Positions 53,413 through 63,152 of a stretch of 64,000 nucleotides of DNA are shown here, piece by piece. Source of the DNA: an uncultured Verrucomicrobiae bacterium (lineage in GTDB: Bacteria > Verrucomicrobiota > Verrucomicrobiia > Opitutales > JABDGR01). Under the pieces are notes generated by a model. It was not told the origin of the DNA, did no database searches, and was given only the letters and a program-made list of their open reading frames with translations. Numbering within the stretch: position 1 is the first letter of the stretch; each line of letters starts with the position of its first letter. The DNA lies in assembly GCA_963765205.1 (NCBI GenBank), contig CAVXVB010000009.1, positions 1,312,001 to 1,376,000 of the forward strand. Direction: 5' to 3'. Made by a program: the position numbers and the translations under genes.

Positions 53413-53664
53413 CTACGCCTCGCTTTTGCGTTTAGACTCGGCATTGAAATTCCATTTGTCATGCGTCACAACTATTTGAGCAATTTGTTCTCCGGAAAAT
53501 GGAATGTCTGGTTGACCTCGTATTTCTGCAACCGTCCCCTGCACAACAGCAACTTGATCAAATCTCCTGCCATCATTCAAAACGATGCTTACAACATGGT
53601 AACCCATCCCGGTTTCAGGCTGAGATACCAAATAGGACACCCACTTTGCGGATAGTTTTATCAT
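53413..53664 (-). CDS. Small hypothetical protein (83 aa)
   Basis: ATG overlaps the hisC stop (ATGA); lower GC; PETGMGY segment. Confidence 0.65.
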   Translation of the reverse strand: MIKLSAKWVSYLVSQPETGMGYHVVSIVLNDGRRFDQVAVVQGTVAEIRGQPDIPFSGEQIAQIVVTHDKWNFNAESKRKSEA

Positions 53665-54758
53665 TTCAAGATTTGCGCCAGCGCCTTAAGAAACCGCGCG
53701 TTCTGTTCCTCGGTGCCAATGGTGACACGCAGGTGCGCGGGCAGGTCATAGGGCGCGAGGGGGCGCACGATGACGCCGCGCGCTTGCAGCGCGAGAAAAA
53801 CAGCGCGCGCCTGTGCGAAGCGGAACATGATGAAGTTCGCCACGCTGGGGACGTGTTCGAGGCCAAGTCTATCCAGCCCGGCGGCGACTTGCTTCAGCCC
53901 GGCGGCGTTGATGGCGCGCGTGCGGTCGAGGTGCTCGCGGTCATCGAGCGCGGCCACCGCTGCGGCTTGCGCGATGGCGTTGACGTTGAAGGGCTGGCGC
54001 GCGCGGTGGAGCAGGTCAATCAGCGGTTTCGGCCCGTAGCCGTAGCCAATGCGCAGGCCGGCGAGGCCGTAGATTTTGGAAAAGGTGCGGCAGCACAGGA
54101 TGTTGCGCCCGGCGGCGATGAGCGGGCGCAGGTCGGGCGCGGCGGCGGGTTCGAGGAATTCCACGTAGGCTTCGTCCACGCAGAGGATGACGTGCGGGGG
54201 CAAATCGCGCGCGAAGGCCTCGACCTCGGCGGCGGTGTTGGCCGTGCCGGTGGGATTGTTCGGCGTGGGCAGGTAAACGATTTTGGTCCGCGCGGTGATG
54301 GCGTCGCGCATTTTTTGCAAATCGTGCGTGTAGCCGGGCATCTCGACCTCGACCGGCGTGCCGCCATTGAAGAGGGTGACGTATTTGAACACGATGAAGG
54401 CATGCCGGCCCATGACCACCTCGTCGCTGGGCGAGATGAAGGCTTCGGCGAGCAGTTGCATCTCCTCGTTCGAGCCGTTGCCGGGAAAAATCTGGGCGGG
54501 GTCAAGTTGCAGCCGGGCGGCGATTTTCTCGCGCAAGGCCGTGGCGGCGCCGTCGGGATAGAGGTGGGCGTCGTCGAGAGCGCGGCGCGCGGCGGCCAGC
54601 GCCAGCGGCGACGGCCCGAGCGGGTTTTCGTTCGAGGCGAGCTTGATGACCGAGTCCGGGTCGAGGCCGTGCTCCCGCGCGACATCGGCGATGGGCCGGC
54701 CCGGTTCGTAAACGGGCTGGGTGAGCAAACCGGGCTTGGCAAGTTGGTCGGGAGACAT
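53661..54758 (-). CDS. hisC: Histidinol-phosphate aminotransferase
   Basis: YEPGRP, KLASNENPLG, GNGSNE, PNNPTG, DEAY, RTFSKIYGLAGLRIGY. Confidence 0.95.
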   Translation of the reverse strand: MSPDQLAKPGLLTQPVYEPGRPIADVAREHGLDPDSVIKLASNENPLGPSPLALAAARRALDDAHLYPDGAATALREKIAARLQLDPAQIFPGNGSNEEMQLLAEAFISPSDEVVMGRHAFIVFKYVTLFNGGTPVEVEMPGYTHDLQKMRDAITARTKIVYLPTPNNPTGTANTAAEVEAFARDLPPHVILCVDEAYVEFLEPAAAPDLRPLIAAGRNILCCRTFSKIYGLAGLRIGYGYGPKPLIDLLHRARQPFNVNAIAQAAAVAALDDREHLDRTRAINAAGLKQVAAGLDRLGLEHVPSVANFIMFRFAQARAVFLALQARGVIVRPLAPYDLPAHLRVTIGTEEQNARFLKALAQILK

Positions 54759-54779
54759 GGGGAAAGGTAGAGCATAGAG

Positions 54780-54916
54780 GGAAAACGGAAAATGGAAAAT
54801 GGAAAAAACGCTATTTGCATCGTTGGCCAGTGGTCGGTTTTTTCCGTTTTTCCATCTTCCATTTTCCTGCATCCATTCTTATCTTCATTTTCCATCTTCC
54901 ATTTTCCTTTTTCCAT
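54780..54916. repeat. Inverted array of heptamer repeats (GGAAAAT unit)
   Basis: GGAAAAC GGAAAAT GGAAAAT GGAAAAA, then many ATTTTCC/ATCTTCC units. Confidence 0.85.
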
Positions 54917-54928
54917 TCCTCCTCAACC

Positions 54929-55924
54929 ATGAAGGTTTTACTCACCGGTGCAACCGGTTTGCTCGGCCATGCGACGCTGCTGGCCACGCTGGCGCGCGGG
55001 CATGAGGTGCTCGCGCTCGGGCATGAGCGCCTGCCGGAGCTGCCCGTCGCCGCCGCGGCCCAGAAACACGTCTTCGCCCGGCAGTGCGACTTGACCGACG
55101 ATACCGCGCTGGACCGGCTGATGTTCGACTATTACCCGGACGCCATTATCAACTGCGCGGCACTGTCGAGCCAAGGCGCGGTCGAGGCCAACCCCGCCCT
55201 GGCGGAAAAGCTCAACGTCGCCCTGCCCCGCCGGCTGGCGCAAATCGCGCATCATTTGTGCGCGCGGCTGCTGCACGTCTCGACGGATTTTGTTTTCGAC
55301 GGCAGCAGCGGCCCCTACCGCTCGACGGACATGCCGCATCCGCGCACCCTCTACGGCCAGCTCAAGTTGCAGGCGGAACATGAAGTGCTGCTTTATGGCG
55401 GGGACTTCGTCGTCGTGCTGCGCATCACGGTCGTCAACGGCAACAGCCCGGCCGGCAACCGCGGCGTGCACGAAAAACTTTTCCACACCTGGGCGGCGGG
55501 GAAGGCGGCGACGGCATTCACCGACGAAATGCGCCAGCCGGTTTCGGCGGTCAACGTCGGCGATGTTTTGACAGAACTGATTGAGCGCCCGAACTTGCAC
55601 GGCCTCTTTCATTGGGCCGGGCCGGACACACTGTCGCGCTTCGACATGGCGCGCGCGATTCTGGCGCATTTCGGCCTGCCGGAAAATCTCGTCACCCCCG
55701 CACGCGCGGCGGACCAGCCCGACACCGACACGCGCCCGCGCCGCCTCGAACTGATTCTCCCGCCGCTGCTTGGCAAATTAAAGGCCACGCCCACGCCCTT
55801 TGCACAGCAGTTGGAGGAACTGGAAGTGCCGGCGGCGTGCCGTGAATGGTATTTGCGCACGCGCCCGCCCTCGAATAATGGCCAGGGCGCGCCGCGGCGA
55901 TTAGTGCAAGGAATAGATTTTTAA
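54929..55924 (+). CDS. RmlD/RfbD-like extended SDR oxidoreductase
   Basis: TGATGLLG, INCAA, HVSTDFVFDG, YGQLK catalytic motif. Confidence 0.88.
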   Translation: MKVLLTGATGLLGHATLLATLARGHEVLALGHERLPELPVAAAAQKHVFARQCDLTDDTALDRLMFDYYPDAIINCAALSSQGAVEANPALAEKLNVALPRRLAQIAHHLCARLLHVSTDFVFDGSSGPYRSTDMPHPRTLYGQLKLQAEHEVLLYGGDFVVVLRITVVNGNSPAGNRGVHEKLFHTWAAGKAATAFTDEMRQPVSAVNVGDVLTELIERPNLHGLFHWAGPDTLSRFDMARAILAHFGLPENLVTPARAADQPDTDTRPRRLELILPPLLGKLKATPTPFAQQLEELEVPAACREWYLRTRPPSNNGQGAPRRLVQGIDF

Positions 55925-55930
55925 TCCAAA

Positions 55931-56015
55931 TTAACCACGGAGAACACGGAGAGGATTTTTTCCATCTTCCATTTTCCATAAACTTCTCTGTGTTCCCCGT
56001 GTCCTCCGTGGTTAA
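55931..56015. repeat. Inverted 9-mer element with 12-bp perfect termini, containing heptamer units
   Basis: TTAACCACGGAG...CTCCGTGGTTAA; internal TTTTTCC ATCTTCC ATTTTCC. Confidence 0.85.
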
Positions 56016-56025
56016 ATCTCTTTTG

Positions 56026-56754
56026 ATGCTGCCACCGAAAATCGGCTCGGCGGCGGAGAATATGGCCGCCGATTGGCTGCTGTTGGAAATGTTTCCCCGG
56101 CCCGAGGCTGCGCGGATGCGTTTTTATGGCTGGGCACGGCCATCGTTCACGTTTGGTTATGGGCAAAAGTGGGCGGCGGTGCGCGCGGCGTGTCCGCCCG
56201 GGATGGATTTAATCCGCCGGCCCACCGGCGGCGGGTTGGTGGATCATCGCGCGGACTGGACGTATGCGCTGGTGCTGCCGCCGGCCCATCCGCTCGCCCA
56301 AGTGCGGGCGTGCGACAGTTACCGGGCGGTGCATGAGGCGCTAGAGGAGGCGTTGAGGGAGAGCGGAGTTGGTTGCCAGTTGCAGGGCGCGAATGCCAAG
56401 TTGCAGGTTGCAGGTTGCAGGTTGCAAGTTGCAAGCCAACGAATTAACGGAAGTTTAGCCGTTTGTTTTGAGCGGGCGGAGACGTTTGATGTCGTGCGTT
56501 CGGATGATGGCCGCAAAATCGCCGGCGCGGCACAGAAACGCACACGGCGCGGGCTGCTTTTTCAGGGTTCGGTAAATCGCGATGCCGCCGGTGAGTTGAG
56601 GGATTGGGTCAAGCTCGCAGATATTTTTGCAAAGCGTCTTGGAGTCAGATTGGGCGCCACGCCGCAAAAATATGATGCCGAGCCCTGGCCGGCGGCGCTG
56701 CTGGCGGAAACCACCGCACGGTTCGCGGCAAAGGAATGGAATCAGAAAAGATAA
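56026..56754 (+). CDS. Lipoate-protein ligase A family protein (LipM-like)
   Basis: ENMAAD, RFYGW, RRPTGGGLVDH, CF, KIAGAAQKR, QGS motifs. Confidence 0.88.
   Translation: MLPPKIGSAAENMAADWLLLEMFPRPEAARMRFYGWARPSFTFGYGQKWAAVRAACPPGMDLIRRPTGGGLVDHRADWTYALVLPPAHPLAQVRACDSYRAVHEALEEALRESGVGCQLQGANAKLQVAGCRLQVASQRINGSLAVCFERAETFDVVRSDDGRKIAGAAQKRTRRGLLFQGSVNRDAAGELRDWVKLADIFAKRLGVRLGATPQKYDAEPWPAALLAETTARFAAKEWNQKR
56372..56434 (+). repeat. In-frame heptamer array (GTTGCAG unit) inside the ligase gene
   Basis: Nine 7-nt units = 63 bp, of which GTTGCAG x3 and GTTGCAA x2 are contiguous. Confidence 0.8.
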
Positions 56755-56759
56755 ACATC

Positions 56760-57230
56760 TCACGCGTTCGCCGCGAGGATGCCCCCAACCGTGATGAGCG
56801 CCGCCGCCGCCAGCAGCTTGCCGGGCTGCACGTCCTTCCACTCCGAGAGCACGAGCAGGCCGATGACCACCGTCACGAGCGTGTTCATGTTGTAGATCGA
56901 GACGATTTGCCCGATTTGGCCATTGTAGCGTTTGAGCGCGATGGCGACGCACGCCATCGAAATGGACCACAGGATGCCGAACAGCGCGATATAAGTCGCC
57001 GCGCGCGCCGTGACGGCAAAGTCGCGGTCCCACAGCGCAAACAACGCGCCCATAATGAAAATCGAAAGGCCGATCCCCATGAGGTAAGGCCCGAGGCCGG
57101 TGCCCGTGCGGTTAATCACCTTTTGGAACACCGCGACGATGCCAAAGAGCACCGCCGGGATGAACCCGCCGATCAGAAGGGAAAGTTGTTTGTCAGTCAT
57201 GGGGGAAGGCGATAGCACGGCAGCGGACAT
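56760..57230 (-). CDS. Small multi-pass membrane protein (EamA/DMT-like)
   Basis: About five hydrophobic helices; IYNMNTLVTVVIGLLVLSEWK. Confidence 0.7.
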   Translation of the reverse strand: MSAAVLSPSPMTDKQLSLLIGGFIPAVLFGIVAVFQKVINRTGTGLGPYLMGIGLSIFIMGALFALWDRDFAVTARAATYIALFGILWSISMACVAIALKRYNGQIGQIVSIYNMNTLVTVVIGLLVLSEWKDVQPGKLLAAAALITVGGILAANA

Positions 57231-57247
57231 GAGCCAATCTTGAAAAA

Positions 57248-57389
57248 GACAGAGTGGCAAAGGGACAGAGGGACAGAGGCACAAAGGCCGGGAAATAGAA
57301 ACCCCCATTCGAATTCACCGAAGGTCTTGACTACTCAGTGCCATAGTGCCTTAGCGCCTCTGTCCCTCTGTCCCTCTGTCCCTTTGTCC
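57248..57389. repeat. Inverted array of octamer repeats (GGGACAGA unit)
   Basis: GGGACAGA GGGACAGA GGCACAAA ... TCTGTCCC x3 TTTGTCC. Confidence 0.85.
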
Positions 57390-57457
57390 TACCCCCTTCT
57401 TCCTATTGACTGCCGCGTAAATATTTGTCACCAACAAGCCGCCCCCGCGCACCTGGC

Positions 57458-58927
57458 ATGAACCTTCTCCGCCGCAAAAGCGTCGCCGACCTCCAAGCGG
57501 AGGCCACCACGGACAATAGTCTGAAACGCGTGCTGGGGCCATTGCATCTGGTCATGCTGGGGGTGGGCTGCACGATTGGCACCGGGATTTTTGTGCTGAC
57601 CGGCACGGTGGCGGCGCGCAATGCCGGGCCAGGGGTGATTTTGTCATTCGTGCTTGCTGGCTTTGCCTCGATCTTCGCGGCGTTTTGTTACAGCGAATTT
57701 GCGTCGCTGGTGCCGATGTCCGGCAGCGCCTACACTTATAGTTATGCGACGCTCGGGGAGATTTTCGCCTGGATCATCGGCTGGGATTTGATTCTCGAAT
57801 ACGCCGTGGGCGGCATCACGGTCGCCATCGGGTGGTCGGGATACGTGACTTCGCTGCTGCACGATTTCGGCGTGGATATTCCGCCGCGCTTGACGGCCGC
57901 CTATGGCTCCATCGTCACGCTGGCGGACGGCACAAAAGTTCCGGCGCTTTTCAATTTGCCCGCGGTGTTGATCGTGGCAGCGGTGTCCATTTTGCTCGTC
58001 CTCGGCATCAAAGAGTCGGCGTGGTATAACAACCTGATCGTCTTCGTCAAACTGGCCGTCATCCTGGCATTTTTGGCGCTGGCGGCGCACGCCATCAATC
58101 CCGCCAATTGGCATCCCTTCATTCCCGCCAACACCGGCACCTTCGGGCATTTCGGCTGGAGCGGCATCATGATGGGTTCGGGGACGGTGTTCTTCGCCTA
58201 CATCGGGTTCGACGCGGTGAGCACCGCCGCGCAGGAAACCCGCAATCCCCAGCGCGATATGCCCTTGGGAATCATCGGCTCGCTCATCATTTGCACGATA
58301 TTGTATATTGCGGTGGCGGCGGTCGCCACGGGCGTAGTGCCCTATGCGCAACTCGACACGCCCGCGCCGATTGCACTTGCGGCCGACCAGGCGGTGGGCG
58401 GCTGGATGTCCGTGCTGATTAAAATCGGAGCCGTGGCGGGGCTATCCTCCGTGATCATGGTGCTGATGCTGGGGCAGACCCGCATTTTTTGGGTCATGTC
58501 GCGCGACGGGTTGCTGCCCAAATTCGTGGGCGAAGTTCATCCCCGGTTCCAGACGCCGTGGATTACCACCATTATCACCGGCGTGGTCGTGGCGTTGTTT
58601 TCGGCGCTATTTACGGTGCGGGAGGCCGGCAACCTTTGCTCGATTGGCACGCTGCTGGCCTTTGTCATCGTTTGCCTTTCGGTGCTCGTGCTGCGGGTGC
58701 GCGAGCCGCATCATTACCGGGCCTTTCGCACCCCGGCGATCTGGTTCGTGGCTCCCACCGGCGCTTTGGCGGCATTGGCCTTAATGATTCCGCTGCCCAA
58801 CGCCGCCTGGCTGCGCCTGATTGTCTGGTTCGTCCTCGGCATGGTGCTTTATTTTGTCTATGGGATAAAGAACAGCCGATTGAACAAAAACTCCGGCGTT
58901 GCACCGCCACTTCCCCATGGGCCTTGA
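57458..58927 (+). CDS. Amino acid permease (APC family)
   Basis: IGTGIFVLTG, CYSEFAS, GSAYTY, FFAYIGFDAVST, MSRDGLLP, SIGTLLAF. Confidence 0.95.
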   Translation: MNLLRRKSVADLQAEATTDNSLKRVLGPLHLVMLGVGCTIGTGIFVLTGTVAARNAGPGVILSFVLAGFASIFAAFCYSEFASLVPMSGSAYTYSYATLGEIFAWIIGWDLILEYAVGGITVAIGWSGYVTSLLHDFGVDIPPRLTAAYGSIVTLADGTKVPALFNLPAVLIVAAVSILLVLGIKESAWYNNLIVFVKLAVILAFLALAAHAINPANWHPFIPANTGTFGHFGWSGIMMGSGTVFFAYIGFDAVSTAAQETRNPQRDMPLGIIGSLIICTILYIAVAAVATGVVPYAQLDTPAPIALAADQAVGGWMSVLIKIGAVAGLSSVIMVLMLGQTRIFWVMSRDGLLPKFVGEVHPRFQTPWITTIITGVVVALFSALFTVREAGNLCSIGTLLAFVIVCLSVLVLRVREPHHYRAFRTPAIWFVAPTGALAALALMIPLPNAAWLRLIVWFVLGMVLYFVYGIKNSRLNKNSGVAPPLPHGP

Positions 58928-59408
58928 ATATCTGCACGCCTATTGGCGCCTGCCCTACGTCGAGGCCCCGAAACCCGAGGCTGGCGGCGAGAACCCGTTT
59001 GTAGATTTGCCCAGGCTCGGCGACGACCGCAAGGCCCTCATCCTCTGGCGCGGCCCACTCACCTACCTGGTGATGAACCGTTTTCCCTACAACGTCGGCC
59101 ACCTGCTCGCCATTCCCTTCCGCGAGGCGCCAACGTTAGCCAAGCTGACCCCCGCCGAGCGCGCCGACTTGATGGAGGCCATTGTCAAAGCCCAGGACAT
59201 CCTCACCAAGGCTTTGCGGCCCGACGGCTTTAACATCGGCTTCAATTTCGGGCGCGTGGCCGGCGCGGGCATCCCGCGGCATTTGCATGCGCACATCGTT
59301 CCGCGCTGGAGCGGTGACGTGAATTTCATGCCCGTCGTGGCCGACACCAAAGTCCTCCCCGTGGCCCTCGACACGCTTTGGGAGCGATTGAAGGCATTTG
59401 CCAACTAA
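58917..59408 (+). CDS. HIT domain protein (Ap4A phosphorylase-like)
   Basis: NRFPYNVGHL, GFNIGFN, HLHAHIVPRWSGD. Confidence 0.9.
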   Translation: MGLEYLHAYWRLPYVEAPKPEAGGENPFVDLPRLGDDRKALILWRGPLTYLVMNRFPYNVGHLLAIPFREAPTLAKLTPAERADLMEAIVKAQDILTKALRPDGFNIGFNFGRVAGAGIPRHLHAHIVPRWSGDVNFMPVVADTKVLPVALDTLWERLKAFAN

Positions 59409-59412
59409 GGAT

Positions 59413-59485
59413 GGGCCGTCGCCAGCGATGCCCCTACATTAGCAATCCATTTCATAATTCATAAATCATCATTCATAATTCCTTC
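59413..59485. repeat. GTAG-type REP (59413-59437) plus a heptamer arm (TTCATAA unit) ending at the phoH start
   Basis: GGGCCGTCGCCAGCGATGCCCCTAC; TTCATAA TTCATAA ATCATCA TTCATAA. Confidence 0.6.
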
Positions 59486-60454
59486 ATGGAGCCCCGCGTC
59501 ATCAAATTTCCCAGCCCCCGGCAACTCAGCCAGCTTTATTGCGGCAAGGAGGCCAACCTCGCGAAGGTCGAGGAGGCCTTCGAGGTGAAGATCGTCACGC
59601 GCGAGGACTGGCTGCAAGTCGAGGGCGCGGTCGCGGACCAGGACCGCGTCGCCCAATTGTTTGAGTTTTTGAATGCCGCGCGCGGGCAGGGCATGAATGT
59701 CTCCCAGGTGGATTTTGACAACATGCTCGCCACGGTGAAACGCGGCGAGGTAGCGCAGTTGCGCGAGTTGTTTGAAAACCCGCTCGTGCTGCGCTTCAAG
59801 CGCACGACGATCGTCCCAAAGACGCTCAACCAGAAGCGCTACCTGCAATTCATCCACAAGGCGGAAGTGGTGTTCGGCATCGGCCCGGCGGGCACCGGCA
59901 AGACCTATCTCGCCGTCGCGTCCGCGCTCGAGGCGCTGGTCAACAACCAGGTCGAGAAAATAATCCTCACGCGCCCGGCCGTCGAAGCTGGCGAGGCGCT
60001 GGGCTTTTTGCCCGGCGATCTGAACGAGAAAATCCTGCCCTACCTGCGCCCCCTGCACGACGCGATGTATGAAATGCTCGGCAAGGACGAAAGCGACCGG
60101 CTCATCGAAAAAGGCATCATCGAAATCGCCCCGCTCGCCTACATGCGCGGGCGCACGCTGGCCAACGCCTACATCCTGCTCGACGAGGCGCAAAACACCA
60201 CCCCCGAACAGATGATCATGTTTTTGACGCGTCTGGGCGACCGCTCGCGCATGCTCATCACCGGTGACATCACGCAGGTGGACCTGCCGCGCTCGAAAGT
60301 CTCCGGCCTCAAGCAGGCCATCCAGGTGCTCCAAGGCGTCGAAGGCATCAAGCTGTTTTATTTTGACGTGGTGGACGTGGTGCGCCACCCCCTCGTCAGC
60401 GCCATCATCAAGGCCTACGAGACCTTCCATGCCGATTCATCGAGGGGGGATTAG
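59486..60454 (+). CDS. phoH: PhoH-like ATPase
   Basis: GPAGTGKTYLA, RPAVEAGEALGFLPGD, YMRGRTL, DEAQN, TGDITQVDLP, VVRHPLV. Confidence 0.95.
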   Translation: MEPRVIKFPSPRQLSQLYCGKEANLAKVEEAFEVKIVTREDWLQVEGAVADQDRVAQLFEFLNAARGQGMNVSQVDFDNMLATVKRGEVAQLRELFENPLVLRFKRTTIVPKTLNQKRYLQFIHKAEVVFGIGPAGTGKTYLAVASALEALVNNQVEKIILTRPAVEAGEALGFLPGDLNEKILPYLRPLHDAMYEMLGKDESDRLIEKGIIEIAPLAYMRGRTLANAYILLDEAQNTTPEQMIMFLTRLGDRSRMLITGDITQVDLPRSKVSGLKQAIQVLQGVEGIKLFYFDVVDVVRHPLVSAIIKAYETFHADSSRGD

Positions 60455-60682
60455 GGGTGATTATTTTTGAGTGTGCTGATCAATTCCCCTTTTGGCTCCA
60501 AAAATTCGAAGCGCCATCCCATAGATGCTTTCCTTAACTTTTGGCTAACATCATTGGTGGCAAGTCTTTTTGTGTGTAAGCCTAAAATTAGATAGTCAAA
60601 CGATCTGCTCATGTTTCGTGCCCTCCGTAGCTTAAACTTTTGAAATTGCCTTGTGGCTGATTTTCCGGTTAAAAACAGCCCC

Positions 60683-60964
60683 ATGAAAATCATTTCCGCA
60701 AGTCCGACGACGGGCTACCGGGTGCGACTGGCGTTTGACGACGGCGTGGACGGCGAAGTTGACCTGTCTGATTATGCGGGGGTCGGGGTGTTTCAGGCCT
60801 GGCGCAAACCGGGCATTTTCAAAAAACTTGCCGTGGCCAAGACCGGCGCGCTGGCCTGGCCCGGCGACCTTGGCCTGTGCGCCGACGCGCTCTATCTGCG
60901 TTTGACTGGAAAACGGCCCGAGGAGCTTGTCCCCGCGTTGCGCCGCGCTCCCATCCATGCCTGA
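60683..60964 (+). CDS. DUF2442 domain protein (putative antitoxin)
   Basis: YRVRLAFDDGVDGEVDLS...GVF...LAWPGDLGLCADALY. Confidence 0.8.
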   Translation: MKIISASPTTGYRVRLAFDDGVDGEVDLSDYAGVGVFQAWRKPGIFKKLAVAKTGALAWPGDLGLCADALYLRLTGKRPEELVPALRRAPIHA

Positions 60965-61064
60965 AATCTGCCGCATCGGCCGCCCTGCCCCGTCGGCTCC
61001 GACACAAAGATGTTGCCAAAAATTGTTTTGACGAACCGGGGGCAATTGTCGAACTGACTTAATA

Positions 61065-62876
61065 ATGCCGACGAGCGTCTGGGATTCGCCCTATCAGCAA
61101 TTGGCCTCGCTCCAGCGCGAAATGCGGCGGTCCGCCACGGCCTGGGCGGGGCGGCGGCGCTTCCACCCGCAACACGAGTTGAGCGCGCGGAATTTGCTGC
61201 ATTACCTGGCGCTCCGGCGCCACGATTTGAGCGCGCTGCAGCGCCAGCTCTCGCAACTGGGCTTAACGTCGCTCGGACGCAGCGAGGCGTCCATTCTCAA
61301 AAGTGTGGAGACCCTGCTGGCCACCCTGGCGACGTTGCGCGGCGCGGCATTCAAACCCGGCGCGAAGTCGGAGGGGCCGGATTTCGAGCAAGGGCGGGAA
61401 CTGTTGGGCAAGCACACGGCGGCACTGCTCGGCCCGCCCCCGTCGGACCGATGGGTGCGCATGATGGTCACGCTGCCAGGCGAGGCGGCGCGGGATCCCG
61501 GGTTGGTCCGTGCGCTCGTGAAGGAAGGCATGGACTGCGCGCGCATCAACAGCGCCCATGACGATCCGGCGGCGTGGGAGCAGATGGCGGCGAACGTCCG
61601 GCGCGCCAGCCAGGAGCTAAAGAAAAACTGCCGCATTCTGGTGGATCTCGCGGGGCCAAAATTGCGCACCGGGCCGCTGCCACCGGGGCCGGCGGTGCTC
61701 AAATGCCGGCCCCAACGCAACGAGTTTGGCCAGGTGCTGAATCCTGCCCAGATATGGTTGGTGGCCGCGGGCGGCCCCGTTGCAGAGCCACCCGTGGCCG
61801 GAGCATTCACGGTGCCCGTGTCACGGACTTTCCTGGCGAGCCTGGGCGAAGGCAACGAAGTGAATTTCACGGACGCGCGCGGTGCGCACCGCGTGTTGCG
61901 CATCGGCGCACGTCACTTGGACGGGTGCGCGGCGACGCTGGAAAAGACGGCTTACTTCGTCCCCCGACTCCGATTGTGGCACGGGAAACAAACCGGGCGG
62001 GTCGGGAACATCCCGGCGCGCGAAGGCTTTTTGCAGCTTTATCCCGGGCAGCGTTTCCGGCTCGTGCGCCCCGGCGCAGCCGATGGACGGGCCGGCGACC
62101 TGCCTGCGCTGCCGTGCTTGGTGCCGGAAGTCTTCCGGCATGTGCGGGCCGGCGAGCGTGTGTTTATTGATGACGGGAGAATTGCCGCCATCGTCGAAAA
62201 GGCCGGGCCGGCAGGCTTGGAATTGCGGGTCACTCATGCGCGCACCGGCGGCGAAAAAATCCGGGCCGGCAAAGGACTGAACTTTCCCGACAGCCAGTTG
62301 CAACTGCCGGTGTTAAACAAAGCAGACCAAGCGGTATTGCGCTGGGCCGCGCGACACGCGGACCTCGTCGGCCTCTCGTTTGCGCAGAGCGCGGCCGGAG
62401 TGGCGGAATTGAAGCGGCGGCTGGCCGCGCTGGGCCGCCCGGACATGGGCCTCGTCCTCAAAATCGAAACCAAAAGTGGTTTTCGGTTCCTGCCGGAAAT
62501 GCTGCTGGAGTTGCTCGGTTGGCGCTGCGGGGGCGTGATGATCGCGCGCGGGGACCTCGCCGTGGAATACGGCTACGAATACCTCGCGGAAGTGCAGGAG
62601 GAAATTTTATGCATTTGCGAAGCCGCGCACACACCCGTCATTTGGGCGACGCAGGTGCTGGAAATGCTGGCCAAGACCGGCCGGCCATCGCGCGCGGAGA
62701 TCACCGATGCCGCGATCGGCGAGCGGGCGGAATGTGTCATGCTCAACAAAGGCCCGTATATCCTCGATGCGATCCGCATGCTCGACCGCATCCTGCGCCT
62801 CAGCCAGACCCACCAACGCAAGAAGACCCCCAAGTTCCGCGCCTTGACGGACTTTAACTGGCCGCGCCCGGCGTAA
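61065..62876 (+). CDS. pyk: Pyruvate kinase, atypical form with N-terminal extension
   Basis: ARINSAH, DLAGPKLRTG, IDDG, KGLNFP, KIET, MIARGDL, WATQVLE, PSRAEITD, CVMLNKG. Confidence 0.88.
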   Translation: MPTSVWDSPYQQLASLQREMRRSATAWAGRRRFHPQHELSARNLLHYLALRRHDLSALQRQLSQLGLTSLGRSEASILKSVETLLATLATLRGAAFKPGAKSEGPDFEQGRELLGKHTAALLGPPPSDRWVRMMVTLPGEAARDPGLVRALVKEGMDCARINSAHDDPAAWEQMAANVRRASQELKKNCRILVDLAGPKLRTGPLPPGPAVLKCRPQRNEFGQVLNPAQIWLVAAGGPVAEPPVAGAFTVPVSRTFLASLGEGNEVNFTDARGAHRVLRIGARHLDGCAATLEKTAYFVPRLRLWHGKQTGRVGNIPAREGFLQLYPGQRFRLVRPGAADGRAGDLPALPCLVPEVFRHVRAGERVFIDDGRIAAIVEKAGPAGLELRVTHARTGGEKIRAGKGLNFPDSQLQLPVLNKADQAVLRWAARHADLVGLSFAQSAAGVAELKRRLAALGRPDMGLVLKIETKSGFRFLPEMLLELLGWRCGGVMIARGDLAVEYGYEYLAEVQEEILCICEAAHTPVIWATQVLEMLAKTGRPSRAEITDAAIGERAECVMLNKGPYILDAIRMLDRILRLSQTHQRKKTPKFRALTDFNWPRPA

Positions 62877-63152
62877 GAGGCTGGCATGGATGGTTACGAT
62901 CGGTTCAACACCTCGTTATGCGATGCAATAGCGTGTAAGGCAAACACCCGCATTAAGTAGGGGGTCGCAGTGCTGGCCTAAACGAATAAAAAACAATCTT
63001 AACCATTTCTATTCAAACAACTTAGATGGACAAGCCACCATTATTGTCTGGTGAAACCGACCGATTTTGATATGATTACAGGTTTTTAGCCGCCCAAGGC
63101 TATACGAACGACCTGCGCATTGCATCGTCCAAATCATAATCAGGGTGAGCCT

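Noticed and set aside
54759..54928. N-terminal extensions of hisC and the RmlD-like gene given by the ORF track
   Set aside because: They are translations of the heptamer repeat element; downstream ATGs match the family N-termini.
60451..60693. 80 aa minus-strand ORF in AT-rich DNA after phoH
   Set aside because: No motif, no RBS and it overlaps neighbours; may be a gene remnant but cannot be supported.
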